Source of the DNA: Eledone cirrhosa
Taxonomy: Eukaryota
Assembly: GCA_964016885.1 (NCBI GenBank)
Contig: OZ024741.1
Coordinates: 387,128,001 to 387,192,000, forward strand
Length of the DNA stretch: 64,000 nucleotides
Direction: 5' to 3'
The number at the start of each line of letters is the position of its first letter. Position 1 is the first letter of the stretch. The notes beneath the pieces were generated by a model. The model had not been told where the DNA came from and did no database searches. It worked only from the letters and a program-made list of their open reading frames with translations. Below, in pieces: positions 1-14,583 of the stretch. Both the position numbers and the translations under genes were made by a program.

Positions 1-3000
1 TACTCCCTCATACTATATATATATTTACCACACTATATATACTCCCTCACACTATATATATATTTACCACACTATATACAATATATATACTCTCCTCACA
101 CTATATATATATTTAACACACTATATACTATATATATACTCCCACATACTATATATATATTTACCACACTATATACTATATAGACTCCCTCATACTATAT
201 ATATATTTACCACACTATATACTATATATACTCCCACATACTATATTTATATTTACCGCACTATATACGATATATATACTCCCACATACTATATATATAT
301 TTACCACACTATATACTATATATACTCCCCTCACACTATATATATATTTACCACACTATATACTATATATATACTCCTCTCATACTATATATATATTTAC
401 CACACTATATACAATATATATACTCCCCTCACACTATATATATATATTTACCACACTATATACAGTATATACTCCCTCATACTCTATATATATTTACCAC
501 ACTATATACTATATATATACTCCTCTCACACTATATATATATTTACCACACTATATACTATATATACTCCCTCACGCTACATATATATATATTTACCACA
601 CTATATACTATATATACTCCCACATACTATATATATATATTTACCACACTATATACTATATATATACTCCTCTCACACTATATATATATTTACCACACTA
701 TATACTATATATACTCCCCTCACACTATATATATATTTACCACACTATATACTATATATATATATACTACCCTCACACTATATATATATATTTACCACAC
801 TATATACTATATATATACTCCCTCATACTATATATATATTTACCACACTATATACTATATATATACTCCCTCATACTATATATATATTTACCACGCTATA
901 TACTATATATACTCCCTCATACTATATATATATTTACCACACTATATACAATATATGCTCCCTCATACTATATATATATTTACCACACTATATAATATAT
1001 ATACTCCCTCATACTATATATATATTTACCACACTATATACTATATATATACTCCCTCATACTATATATATATTTACCAAACTATATACTATATATATAC
1101 TCCCACATACTATATATATATTTACCACACTATATACTATATATATACTCCCTCATACTATATATATATTTACCACACTATATACTATATATATACTCCC
1201 TCATACTATATATATATTTACCACACTATATACTATATATATACTCCCTCACACTATATATATATTTACCACACTATATACTATATATACTCCCTCATAC
1301 TATATATATATTTACCACACTATATACTATATATATACTCCCTCATACTCTATATATATTTACCACACTATATACTATATATACTCCCTCATACTATATA
1401 TATATTTACCACACGATATACTATATATACTCCCCTCACGCTATATATATATATTTACCACACTATATACTATATATACTCCCTCATACTATATATATAT
1501 TTACCACACTATATACAATATATACTCCCTCATACTATATATACATTCACCACACTATATACGATATATATATATACTACCCTCACACTATATATATATT
1601 TACCACATTATATACTATATATACTCCCTCATACTATATATATATTTACCACACTATAGACAATATATACTCACCTCACACTATATATATATTTACCACA
1701 CTATATACTATATATACTCTCCTCATACTATATATATATTTACCACACTATATACTATATATACTCCCTCATACTATATATATATTTACCACACTATATA
1801 CTATATATATATACTCCCTCATACTCTATATATATTTACCACACTATATATTATATATACTCCCTCATACTATATATATATTTACCACAATATATACTAT
1901 ATATACTCCCCTCACACTATATATATATATATTTACCACACTATATACTATATATACTCCCTCATACTATATATATATTTACCACACTATATACTATATA
2001 TACTCCCCTCACACTATATATATATATTTACCACACTATATACTATATATACTCCCTCATACTATATATATATTTACCACACTATATACAATATATACTC
2101 CCTCATACTATATATACATTCACCACACTATATACGATATATATATATACTACCCTCACACTATATATATATTTACCACATTATATACTATATATACTCC
2201 CTCATACTATATAATATATTTACCACACTATAGACAATATATACTCACCTCACACTATATATATATTTACCACACTATATACTATATATACTCTCCTCAT
2301 ACTATATATATATTTACCACACTATATACAATATATACTCCCTCACACTATATATATATTTACCACACTATATACTATATACTACTCCTCTCACGCTACA
2401 TATATATATTTACCACACTATATACTATATATACTCCCTCACACTATATATATATTTACCACACTATATACTATATATATACTCCCTCAGACTATATATA
2501 CATTCACCACACTATATACTATATATATACTCCCTCATACTATATATATATTTACCACACTATATACTATATATATACTCCCACATACTATATATATATT
2601 TACCACACTATATACTATATATATACTCCCTCATACTATATATAAATTTACCACACTATATACTATATATACTCCCTCATACTATATATATATATATTTA
2701 CAACACTATATACAATATATACTCCCACATACTATATATATATTTACCACACTATATACTATATATATACTCCCCTCACACTATATATATATTTACCACA
2801 CTATATACAATATATACTCCCTCATACTATATATATATTTACCACACTATAATACTATATATACTCACCTCCTACTATATATATATTTACCACACTATAT
2901 ACTATATATACTCCCCTCACACTATATATATATTTACCACACTATATACTATGTATACTCCCCTCACACTATATATATATTTACCACACTATATACTATA

Positions 3001-6000
3001 TATATACTCCAGTCACACTATATATATATTTACCACACTATATACTATATATACTCCCCTCACACTATATATATATTTACCACACTATATACAATATATA
3101 CTCCCTCACACTATATATATATATTTACCACACTATATACAATATATACTCCCTCATACTATATATATATTTACCACACTATATATACTCCCTCACACTA
3201 TATATATATTTACCACACTATATACTATATATACTCCCCTCACACTATATATATATTTACCACACTATATACTATGTATACTCCCTCACACTATATATAT
3301 TTACCACACTATATACTATATATATACTCCAGTCACACTATATATATATTTACCACACTATATACTATATATACTCCCCTCACACTATATATATATTTAC
3401 CACACTATATACAATATATACTCCCTCACACTATATATATATATTTACCACACTATATACAATATATACTCCCTCATACTATATATATATTTACCACACT
3501 ATATATACTCCCTCACACTATATATATATTTACCACACTATATACAATATATATACTCTCCTCACACTATATATATATTTAACACACTATATACTATATA
3601 TATACTCCCACATACTATATATATATTTACCACACTATATACTATATAGACTCCCTCATACTATATATATATTTACCACACTATATACTATATATACTCC
3701 CACATACTATATTTATATTTACCGCACTATATACGATATATATACTCCCACATACTATATATATATTTACCACACTATATACTATATATACTCCCCTCAC
3801 ACTATATATATATTTACCACACTATATACTATATATATACTCCTCTCATACTATATATATATTTACCACACTATATACAATATATATACTCCCCTCACAC
3901 TATATATATATTTACCACACTATATACAGTATATACTCCCTCATACTATATATATATTTACCACACTATATACTATATATATACTCCTCTCACACTATAT
4001 ATATATTTACCACACTATATACTATATATACTCCCTCACGCTACATATATATATATTTACCACACTATATACTATATATACTCCCACATACTATATATAT
4101 ATATTTACCACACTATATACTATATATATACTCCTCTCACACTATATATATATTTACCACACTATATACTATATATACTCCCCTCACACTATATATATAT
4201 TTACCACACTATATACTATATATATACTCCTCTCATACTATATATATATTTACCACACTATATACAATATATATACTCCCCTCACACTATATATATATTT
4301 ACCACACTATATACAGTATATACTCCCTCATACTATATATATATTTACCACACTATATACTATATATATACTCCTCTCACACTATATATATATTTACCAC
4401 ACTATATACTATATATACTCCCTCACGCTACATATATATATATTTACCACACTATATACTATATATACTCCCACATACTATATATATATATTTACCACAC
4501 TAAATACTATATATATACTCCTCTCACACTATATATATATATTTTACCACACTATATACTATATATACTCCCCTCACACTATATATATATTTACCACACT
4601 ATATACTATATATATATATACTACCCTCACACTATATATATATATTTACCACACTATATACTATATATTATACTCCCTCATACTATATATATATTTACCA
4701 CACTATATACTATATATATACTCCCTCATACTATATATATATTTACCACGCTATATACTATATATACTCCCTCATACTATATATATATTTACCACACTAT
4801 ATACAATATATGCTCCCTCATACTATATATATATTTACCACACTATATAATATATATACTCCCTCATACTATATATATATTTACCACACTATATACTATA
4901 TATATACTCCCTCATACTATATATATATTTACCAAACTATATACTATATATATACTCCCACATACTATATATATATTTACCACACTATATACTATATATA
5001 CTCCCTCATACTATATATATATTTACCACACTATATACTATATATATACTCCCTCATACTATATATATATTTACCACACTATATACTATATATATACTCC
5101 CTCACACTATATATATATTTACCACACTATATACTATATATATACTCCCCTCATACTATATATATATTTACCACACTATATACTATATATACTCCCTCAT
5201 ACTCTATATATATTTACCACACTATATACTATATAATACTCCCTCATACTATATATATATTTACCACACGATATACTATATATACTCCCCTCACGCTATA
5301 TATATATATTTACCACACTATATACTATATATACTCCCTCATACTATATATATATTTACCACACTATATACAATATATACTCCCTCATACTATATATACA
5401 TTCACCATACTATATACGATATATATATATACTACCCTCACACTATATATATATTTACCACATTATATACTATATATACTCCCTCATACTATATATATAT
5501 TTACCACACTATAGACAATATATACTCACCTCACACTATATATATATTTACCACACTATATACTATATATACTCTCCTCATACTATATATATATTTACCA
5601 CACTATATACTATATATACTCCCTCATACTATATATATATTTACCACACTATATACTATATATATACTCCCTCATACTCTATATATATTTACCACACTAT
5701 ATATTATATATACTCCCTCATACTATACATATATTTACCACAATATATACTATATATACTCCCCTCACACTATATATATATATTTACCACACTATATACT
5801 ATATATACTCCCTCATACTATATATATATTTACCACACTATATACTATATATACTCCCCTCACACTATATATATATATTTACCACACTATATACTATATA
5901 TACTCCCTCATACTATATATATATTTACCACACTATATACAATATATACTCCCTCATACTATATATACATTCACCACACTATATACGATATATATATATA

Positions 6001-8917
6001 CTACCCTCACACTATATATATATTTACCACATTATATACTATATATACTCCCTCATACTATATATATATTTACCACACTATAGACAATATATACTCACCT
6101 CACACTATATATATATTTACCACACTATATACTATATATACTCTCCTCATACTATATATATATTTACCACACTATATACAATATATACTCCCTCACACTA
6201 TATATATATTTACCACACTATATACTATATATACTCCTCTCACGCTACATATATATATTTACCACACTATATACTATATATACTCCCTCACACTATATAT
6301 ATATTTACCACACTATATACTATATATATACTCCCTCAGACTATATATACATTCACCACACTATATACTATATATATACTCCCTCATACTATATATATAT
6401 TTACCACACTATATACTATATATATACTCCCACATACTATATATATATTTACCACACTATATACTATATATATACTCCCTCATACTATATATAAATTTAC
6501 CACACTATATACTATATATACTCCCTCATACTATATATATATATATTTACAACACTATATACAATATATACTCCCACATACTATATATATATTTACCACA
6601 CTATATACTATATATATACTCCCCTCACACTATATATATATTTACCACACTATATACAATATATACTCCCTCATACTATATATATATTTACCACACTATA
6701 TACTATATATACTCACCTCCTACTATATATATATTTACCACACTATATACTATATATACTCCCCTCACACTATATATATATTTACCACACTATATACTAT
6801 GTATACTCCCTCACACTATATATATATTTACCACACTATATACTATATATATACTCCAGTCACACTATATATATATTTACCACACTATATACTATATATA
6901 CTCCCCTCACACTATATATATATTTACCACACTATATACAATATATACTCCCTCACACTATATATATATATTTACCACACTATATACAATATATACTCCC
7001 TCATACTATATATATATTTACCACACTATATATACTCCCTCACACTATATATATATTTACCACACTATATACTATATATACTCCCCTCACACTATATATA
7101 TATTTACCACACTATATACTATGTATACTCCCTCACACTATATATATATTTACCACACTATATACTATATATATACTCCAGTCACACTATATATATATTT
7201 ACCACACTATATACTATATATACTCCCCTCACACTATATATATATTTACCACACTATATACAATATATACTCCCTCACACTATATATATATATTTACCAC
7301 ACTATATACAATATATACTCCCTCATACTATATATATATTTACCACACTATATATACTCCCTCACACTATATATATATTTACCACACTATATACAATATA
7401 TATACTCTCCTCACACTATATATATATTTAACACACTATATACTATATATATACTCCCACATACTATATATATATTTACCACACTATATACTATATAGAC
7501 TCCCTCATACTATATATATATTTACCACACTATATACTATATATACTCCCACATACTATATTTATATTTACCGCACTATATACGATATATATACTCCCAC
7601 ATACTATATATATATTTACCACACTATATACTATATATACTCCCCTCACACTATATATATATTTACCACACTATATACTATATATATACTCCTCTCATAC
7701 TATATATATATTTACCACACTATATACAATATATATACTCCCCTCACACTATATATATATTTACCACACTATATACAGTATATACTCCCTCATACTATAT
7801 ATATATTTACCACACTATATACTATATATATACTCCTCTCACACTATATATATATTTACCACACTATATACTATATATACTCCCTCACGCTACATATATA
7901 TATATTTACCACACTATATACTATATATACTCCCACATACTATATATATATATTTACCACACTATATACTATATATATACTCCTCTCACACTATATATAT
8001 ATTTACCACACTATATACTATATATACTCCCCTCACACTATATATATATTTACCACACTATATACTATATATATATATACTACCCTCACACTATATATAT
8101 ATATTTACCACACTATATACTATATATATACTCCCTCATACTATATATATATTTACCACACTATATACTATATATACTCCCTCACACTATATATATATTT
8201 ACCACACTATATACAATATATACTCCCTCATACTATATATATATATTTACCACACTATATACTATATATACTCACCTCTTACTATATATATATATTTACC
8301 ACACTATATACTATATATAGACTCCCTCATACTATATATATATTTACCATACTATATACGATATATATACTCACACATACTATATATACATTCACCACAC
8401 TATATTCTATATATACTCCCTCATACTATATATATATTTACCACACTATATACTATATATACTCCCTCACACTATATATATATTTACCACACTATATTTT
8501 ATATATATACTCCCACATACTATATATATATTTACCACACTATATTCTATATATACTCCCACATACTATATATATATTTACCACACTATATACTATATAT
8601 ATACTCCCACATACTATATATATATTTACCACACTATATACAATATATACTCCCTCATACTATATATATATTTACCACACTATATACTATATATATACTC
8701 CCACATACTATATATATATTTACCACACTATATACTATATATATACTCCCACATACTATATATATATTTACCACACTATATACTATATATATACTCCTCT
8801 CATACTATATATATATATTTACGACACTATATACTATATATATACTCCTCTCATACTATATATATATATTTACCACACTATATACTATATATACTCCCTC
8901 ATACTATATATATATAT
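1..8917. repeat. Satellite block 1, ~38-44 bp unit TACTCCCTCA(C/T)ACTA(TA)nTTTACCACACTATATACTA(TA)n, with ~3.85 kb higher-order period
   Basis: Continuous tandem units. Rare variants recur at matching offsets (TATGCTCCC near 955 and 4810; TAGACTCCC..TTACCGCAC near 181, 3648 and 7497). Confidence 0.97.
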
Positions 8918-9714
8918 AATAATAATGAAATTATTGTGTACAGTGCTCAGGTGCACTACAACTCATCAAAGGTGCATGTATAGTACATAGAATAATGTAC
9001 AAATGTCAGGAAAATGAACAGTGTATGAGTCATGATATAATAATTATAATAATAATAATAATAATAAAATATTGTGTACACTGCTCAGGTGCACTACAAC
9101 TCATCAAAAAGTGTATGTACAGTACATAGGGCAATGCACAAACATCAGTAAAATGAACAGTGCATGAGTCATGATACACACATGTGTGCATGTGTATGGA
9201 AGGGGTACATCAGGTGTAGTTTTGGCGTATTTCGGGAAGCATGAGTGTCTTAAAGGATGCAGTGTCTCGGCAGCTCTCAACTGACGCAGGTAGTTTGTTC
9301 CATGCTTCAGCAACTCTGAGCGTGAAAAATGTCTACGAAAGTCATGGGAGCTGTGCTGTTTTCTAATTTTGTAGGCATGCACACATGTGTTAGACACATG
9401 GAGATCAAAAAGGTGCTCAGGGTTGCAATTGGCAAGATGGTTAATAACTTTGTGGGTGTTTACTAAGTCCATTACCAGACGTCGGAGCTTCAATGAATCC
9501 ATGCCCAGGGAAGCAAGGCGTTCAGAGTATGGTAGGTGTCTGATGGAGGGTATACGCTTGGTTGCACGTCTCTGAACGGTTTGCAGGAGGTCAATGTTCT
9601 GAGCAAGATAGGGGTTCCAGACTGATGATGCGAATTCCAAGTGTGGTCGTACCATACCTATATACAGTTTTAAATAGATGGCTGGAGAGCGGCTAACAAA
9701 GGTCTTGCTGTGTG
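8917..9714 (-). mobile_element. 5'-truncated CR1-group LINE (ORF2 C-terminus, two tandem 3' UTRs, (ATT)n tails)
   Basis: ORF 9104-9655 has VRPHLEFASSVWNPY..LQTVQRRATKRI..LPYSERLASLG. The 3' UTR motif GAGTTGTAGTGCACCTGAGCA occurs twice, each followed by (ATT)n. Confidence 0.9.
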
Positions 9715-12547
9715 ATTACCACACTATATACTATATGTACTCCTCTCATACTATATATATATTTACCACACTATATACTATATATATACTCCCTCATACT
9801 ATATATATATTTACCACACTATATACTATATATATACTCCCTCATACTATATATATACTCCCTCATACTATATATATATTTACCACACTAAATACAATAT
9901 ATACTCCCTCATACTATATATATATTTACCACACTATATACTATATATATACTCCCTCATACTATATATATATTTACCACACTATATACTATATTTATAC
10001 TCCCTCATACTATATATATATTTACCACACTATATACTATATATATACTACCCTCACACTATATATATATTTACCACACTATATACTATATATACTCCCT
10101 CATACTATATATATATTTACCACACTATATACTATATATACTCCCCTCACTCTACATATATATATTTACCACACTATATACACTATATACTCCCACATAC
10201 TATATATATATTTACCACACTATATACTATATATATACTACCCTCACACTATATATATATTTACCACACTATATACTATATATACTCCTTCATACTATAC
10301 ACATATTTACCACACTATATACTATATATACTCCTTCATACTATATATATATTTACCACACTATATACTATATATATACTACCCTCACACTATATATATA
10401 TATTTACCAGACTATATACTATATATAGACTCCCTCATACTATACACATATTTACCACACTATATACAATATATACTCCCACATACTATATATATATTTA
10501 CCACACTATATACTATATATACTCCCTCATACTATATATATATATTTACCACACTATATACTATATATAGACTCCCTCATACTATATATATATTTACCAC
10601 ACTAAATACTATATATATATACTCCCTCACACTATATATATATTTACCACACTATATACTATATATACTCCCTCACACTATATATATATTTACCACACTA
10701 TATACTATATATACTCCCTCATACTATATATATACATTTACCACACTATATACAATATATACTCCTTCATACTATACACATATTTACCACACTATATACT
10801 ATATATACTCCCTCACACTATATATATATTTACCACACTATATACTATATATACTCCCCTCACACTATATATATATATTTACCACACTATATACTATATA
10901 TACTCCCACATACTATATATATATTTACCACACTATATACAATATATACTCCCTCATACTATATACATATTTACCACACTATATACAATATATACTCCCC
11001 CTCACACTATATATATATATTTACCTCACTATATACTATATATACTCCCCTCACACTATATATATATATTTACCACACTATATACTATATATACTCCCCT
11101 CACACTATATATATATTTACCACACTATATACAATATATACTCCCTCATACTATATACATATTTACCACACTATATACAATATATACTCCCACACACTAT
11201 ATATATATTTACCACACTATATACTATATATACTCCTCTCATACTATATATATATTTACCACACTATATACTATATATATATTTACCACACTATATACAA
11301 TATATACTCCCACATACTATATATATATTTACCACACTATATACTATATATATACTCCCTCATACTATATATATATATTTACCACACTATATACTATATA
11401 TATACTCCCTCATACTATATATATATTTACCACACTATATACTATATATACTCCCACACACTATATATATATTTACCACACTATATACTATATATACTCC
11501 CCTCACACTATATATATATTTACCACACTATATACTATATATACTCCAGTCACACTATATATATATTTACCACACTATATACTATATATATACTCCCTCA
11601 TACTATATATATATTTCCCACACTATATACTATATATATACTCCCTCACACTACATATATATATTTACCACACTATATACTATATATATACTCCCTCATA
11701 CTATATATGTATATTTACCACACTATATACTATATATATACTCCCTCATACTATATATATATTTACCACACTATATACTATATATATACTCCCTCACACT
11801 ATATATATATATATACCACACTATATACTATATATATACTCCCTCATACTATATATATATTTACCACACTATATACAATATATACTCCTCTCACACTATA
11901 TATATATATTTACCACACTATATACTATATATACTCCAGTCACACTACATATATATTTACCACACTATATACTATATATACTCCAGTCACACTATATATA
12001 TATTTACCACACTATATACAGTATATACTCCCTTATACTATATATATATTTACCACACTATATACTATATATACTACCCTCACACTATATATATATTTAC
12101 CACACTATATTCTATATATATACTCCCACATACTACATATATATATTTACCACACTATATTCTATATATATACTCCCTCATACTATATATATATTTACCA
12201 CATTATATACTATATATACTCCCACATACTATATATATATATTTAACACACTATATACAATATATATACTCCCACATACTATATATATATTTTCCACACT
12301 ATATACTATATATACACCCTCATACTATATATATATTCACCACACTATATACTATATATATACTTCTCTCACACTATATATATATTTACCACACTATATA
12401 CTATATATACTCCAGTCACACTATATATATATTTACCACACTATATACTATATATACACCCTCATACTATATATATATTTACCACACTATATACAATATA
12501 TACTCCCTCACACTATATATATATTTACCACACTATATACTATATAT
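9715..12547. repeat. Satellite block 2 (same unit)
   Basis: Same tandem unit and orientation as block 1. Confidence 0.97.
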
Positions 12548-13316
12548 CTTGCAGTCTGATCTGGACACAATGCAACAGTGGATCTCAGACTGGCAACTCA
12601 AGCTAGCTGTGGACAAGTGCACGACCATGCATTTTGGGAGTAAAAACCCAGCGTCCACATACTCCCTCCACAGCACTAATATCAAGGAGTCTTCCTGTGA
12701 ACGTGACCTGGGCATTACAGTCAGCAGCGATTTGCGTTGGACGAGGCACATCTCTAAAATTGTCAAGAGGGCCGAGGGTGTCTTAGCATCACTCAGCAAG
12801 ACCTTTGTCAGCCGCTCTCCAGATATCTATTTAAGGCTGTATACAGCTATGGTGCGACCACACTTAGAATTTGCATCACCAGTCTGGAACCCCTATCTTG
12901 CTCAGGACATTGACCGCCTGGAAACTGTTCAGAGACGTGCAACCAAGCGAATACCCTCCATCAGGCATCTACCATACTCTGAGCGCCTTGCTTCCCTGGG
13001 CATGGATTAATTGAAGCTCCGACGCCTGGCAACTGACTTGGTAAACACCCACAAAATTGTTAACCATGTTGCCAAAAACAACCCTGAGTACCTTTACGAT
13101 TTCCATGTGTCTAACACACGTGGACATGCCCACAAAGTAAGAAAACAGCACAGTTCCCATGACTGTCGGAAACATTTTTTCACGCTCAGAGTTGCTGAAG
13201 CATGGAACAAACTACCTGCATCAGTTGTTAGCTGTCGAGACACTGCATCCTTTAAGGCCTCCATGTTTCCCGAGATCCGCCAACAGAACAGCTAACACAT
13301 ACACACATGTAGTTCC
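12548..13316 (+). mobile_element. 5'-truncated CR1-group LINE, left part (3' UTR resumes at about 16220)
   Basis: LQSDLDTMQQWISDWQLKL..ERDLGITVSSDLRW..VRPHLEFASPVWNPY..NTRGH..FFTLRVAEAWNKLP, with an in-frame stop at 13008-13010. Confidence 0.92.
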
Positions 13317-13325
13317 TGTTGGTAT

Positions 13326-13565
13326 GGTGTGGCGTGCGGTGGTCGGAGGCGGGGGAGTGCTCGACCGGAAGGGTGTGTGGCGTGCGGTGGCCGGAGGTGG
13401 GGGAGTGCTCGACCAGAAGGGTGTGTGGCGTGCGGTGGCCGGAGGCGGGGGAGTGCTCGACCGGAAGGGTGTGTGGCGTGCGGTGGCCGGAGGCGGGGGA
13501 GTGCTCGACCGGAAAGGTGTGTGGCGTGCGGTGGCCGGAGGCGGGGGAGTGCTCGACCGGAAGGG
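13326..13565 (+). repeat. 48-bp GC-rich tandem repeat (about 5 copies) in the putative 5' LTR
   Basis: GGTGTGTGGCGTGCGGTGGCCGGAGGCGGGGGAGTGCTCGACCGGAAG repeated. Confidence 0.95.
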
Positions 13566-13821
13566 GTTTTTGGCCGGAAGGATGCTCGACCGGAAGGGCC
13601 AGCAGAGGGCCTCTCTCTAGTGGTAACCAGCACACGATGTGGACGCGAGTATTGGGCAGCTTCCGGTGTTAAGCAGTCGGACGCACGTGGAAGAGGAGTA
13701 CCTGCAGTGGAATTTAGCGGCGCCTGTGAAAAGCGGTAAGTGAGATAGCTTTTTCTAACCACAAGCTATTTCGGCGACTGAAAAAAAAAAAGAAAACACT
13801 TGCCGCAAGACAAATCAGAAG

Positions 13822-14583
13822 ATGGCGACAAGACTATGGATGAACGAAGCTATCAGGGCATTCACCGGAGAAGGTGAGGTTGTATCTTGGCTGCGGAAGG
13901 TTCGGCTGGTCGCAGGCTTGCAGAAGATAGAAGACGTGGCCGGCCTCATGGCATTGTACCTCGAGGGCGACGCGCTGGTACTATTCCTTGAGTTGGACGA
14001 GCACAGCCAAAGAGATGTGCAGAAGATTGAGAGGCGTCTGATGGATGCATTCGCCGCGGGACCGTTGGCGGCTTTTGCTAAGCTGGCAAGAATCAGGTGG
14101 AATGGTGAGCGCGTCGACATTTTCTCAGCGGAAATAAGGCGGTTGGCTATGTTGGCCGGTTACCAGGAGGAATGCGAACGCACGGTGCGGTTGGCGTTCA
14201 TCAATGGATTTCCGGACGACATAGCGGTGAAACTGCAGCAAGTCCCGGGGTATAAAGAGATGGAAATGCGTTCACTGGTAGAACAAGCCCGGATCATAGC
14301 GGAAGATGCCAAAAAGAGTGTTGCGGTGATAGCAACTACGGAGGCTCAGGACACCTGGCAGCGAAATGGTGAAAGGGAGGCAACCTCGGCACGCGGCCGT
14401 CCGCGTGAGTTTAGGGGGTGCTGTTTTCGGTGCCAGGGCCCGCATATGGCTAGAGACTATAGAGAGTCGAAGCCGGAGATAATTTGCTACCGGTGTAAGC
14501 GACCAGGCCACATTGCTACTAACTGCAACCAGGGAAACGATCCGAAGGGAACTACTGCGCCGGTAGTTGCCCCTTACGAGTAG
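13822..14583 (+). CDS. gag: Retrotransposon Gag with two zinc knuckles (one degenerate)
   Basis: 253-aa ORF with CFRCQGPHMARDY and CYRCKRPGHIATNC (CX2CX4HX4C). Confidence 0.85.
   Translation: MATRLWMNEAIRAFTGEGEVVSWLRKVRLVAGLQKIEDVAGLMALYLEGDALVLFLELDEHSQRDVQKIERRLMDAFAAGPLAAFAKLARIRWNGERVDIFSAEIRRLAMLAGYQEECERTVRLAFINGFPDDIAVKLQQVPGYKEMEMRSLVEQARIIAEDAKKSVAVIATTEAQDTWQRNGEREATSARGRPREFRGCCFRCQGPHMARDYRESKPEIICYRCKRPGHIATNCNQGNDPKGTTAPVVAPYE
14532..14575 (+). promoter_or_regulatory. -1 programmed ribosomal frameshift signal (G GGA AAC plus stem-loop)
   Basis: Slippery heptamer 14532-14538 is in gag codon phase. After a 6-nt spacer comes the hairpin AAGGG-AACTAC/GTAGTT-..CCCTT. The -1 frame reads on into the protease motif ALVDTGC. 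Confidence 0.8.

Noticed and set aside
13159-13762. Overlapping ORFs on both strands
   Set aside because: Products of the 48-bp GC-rich repeat.
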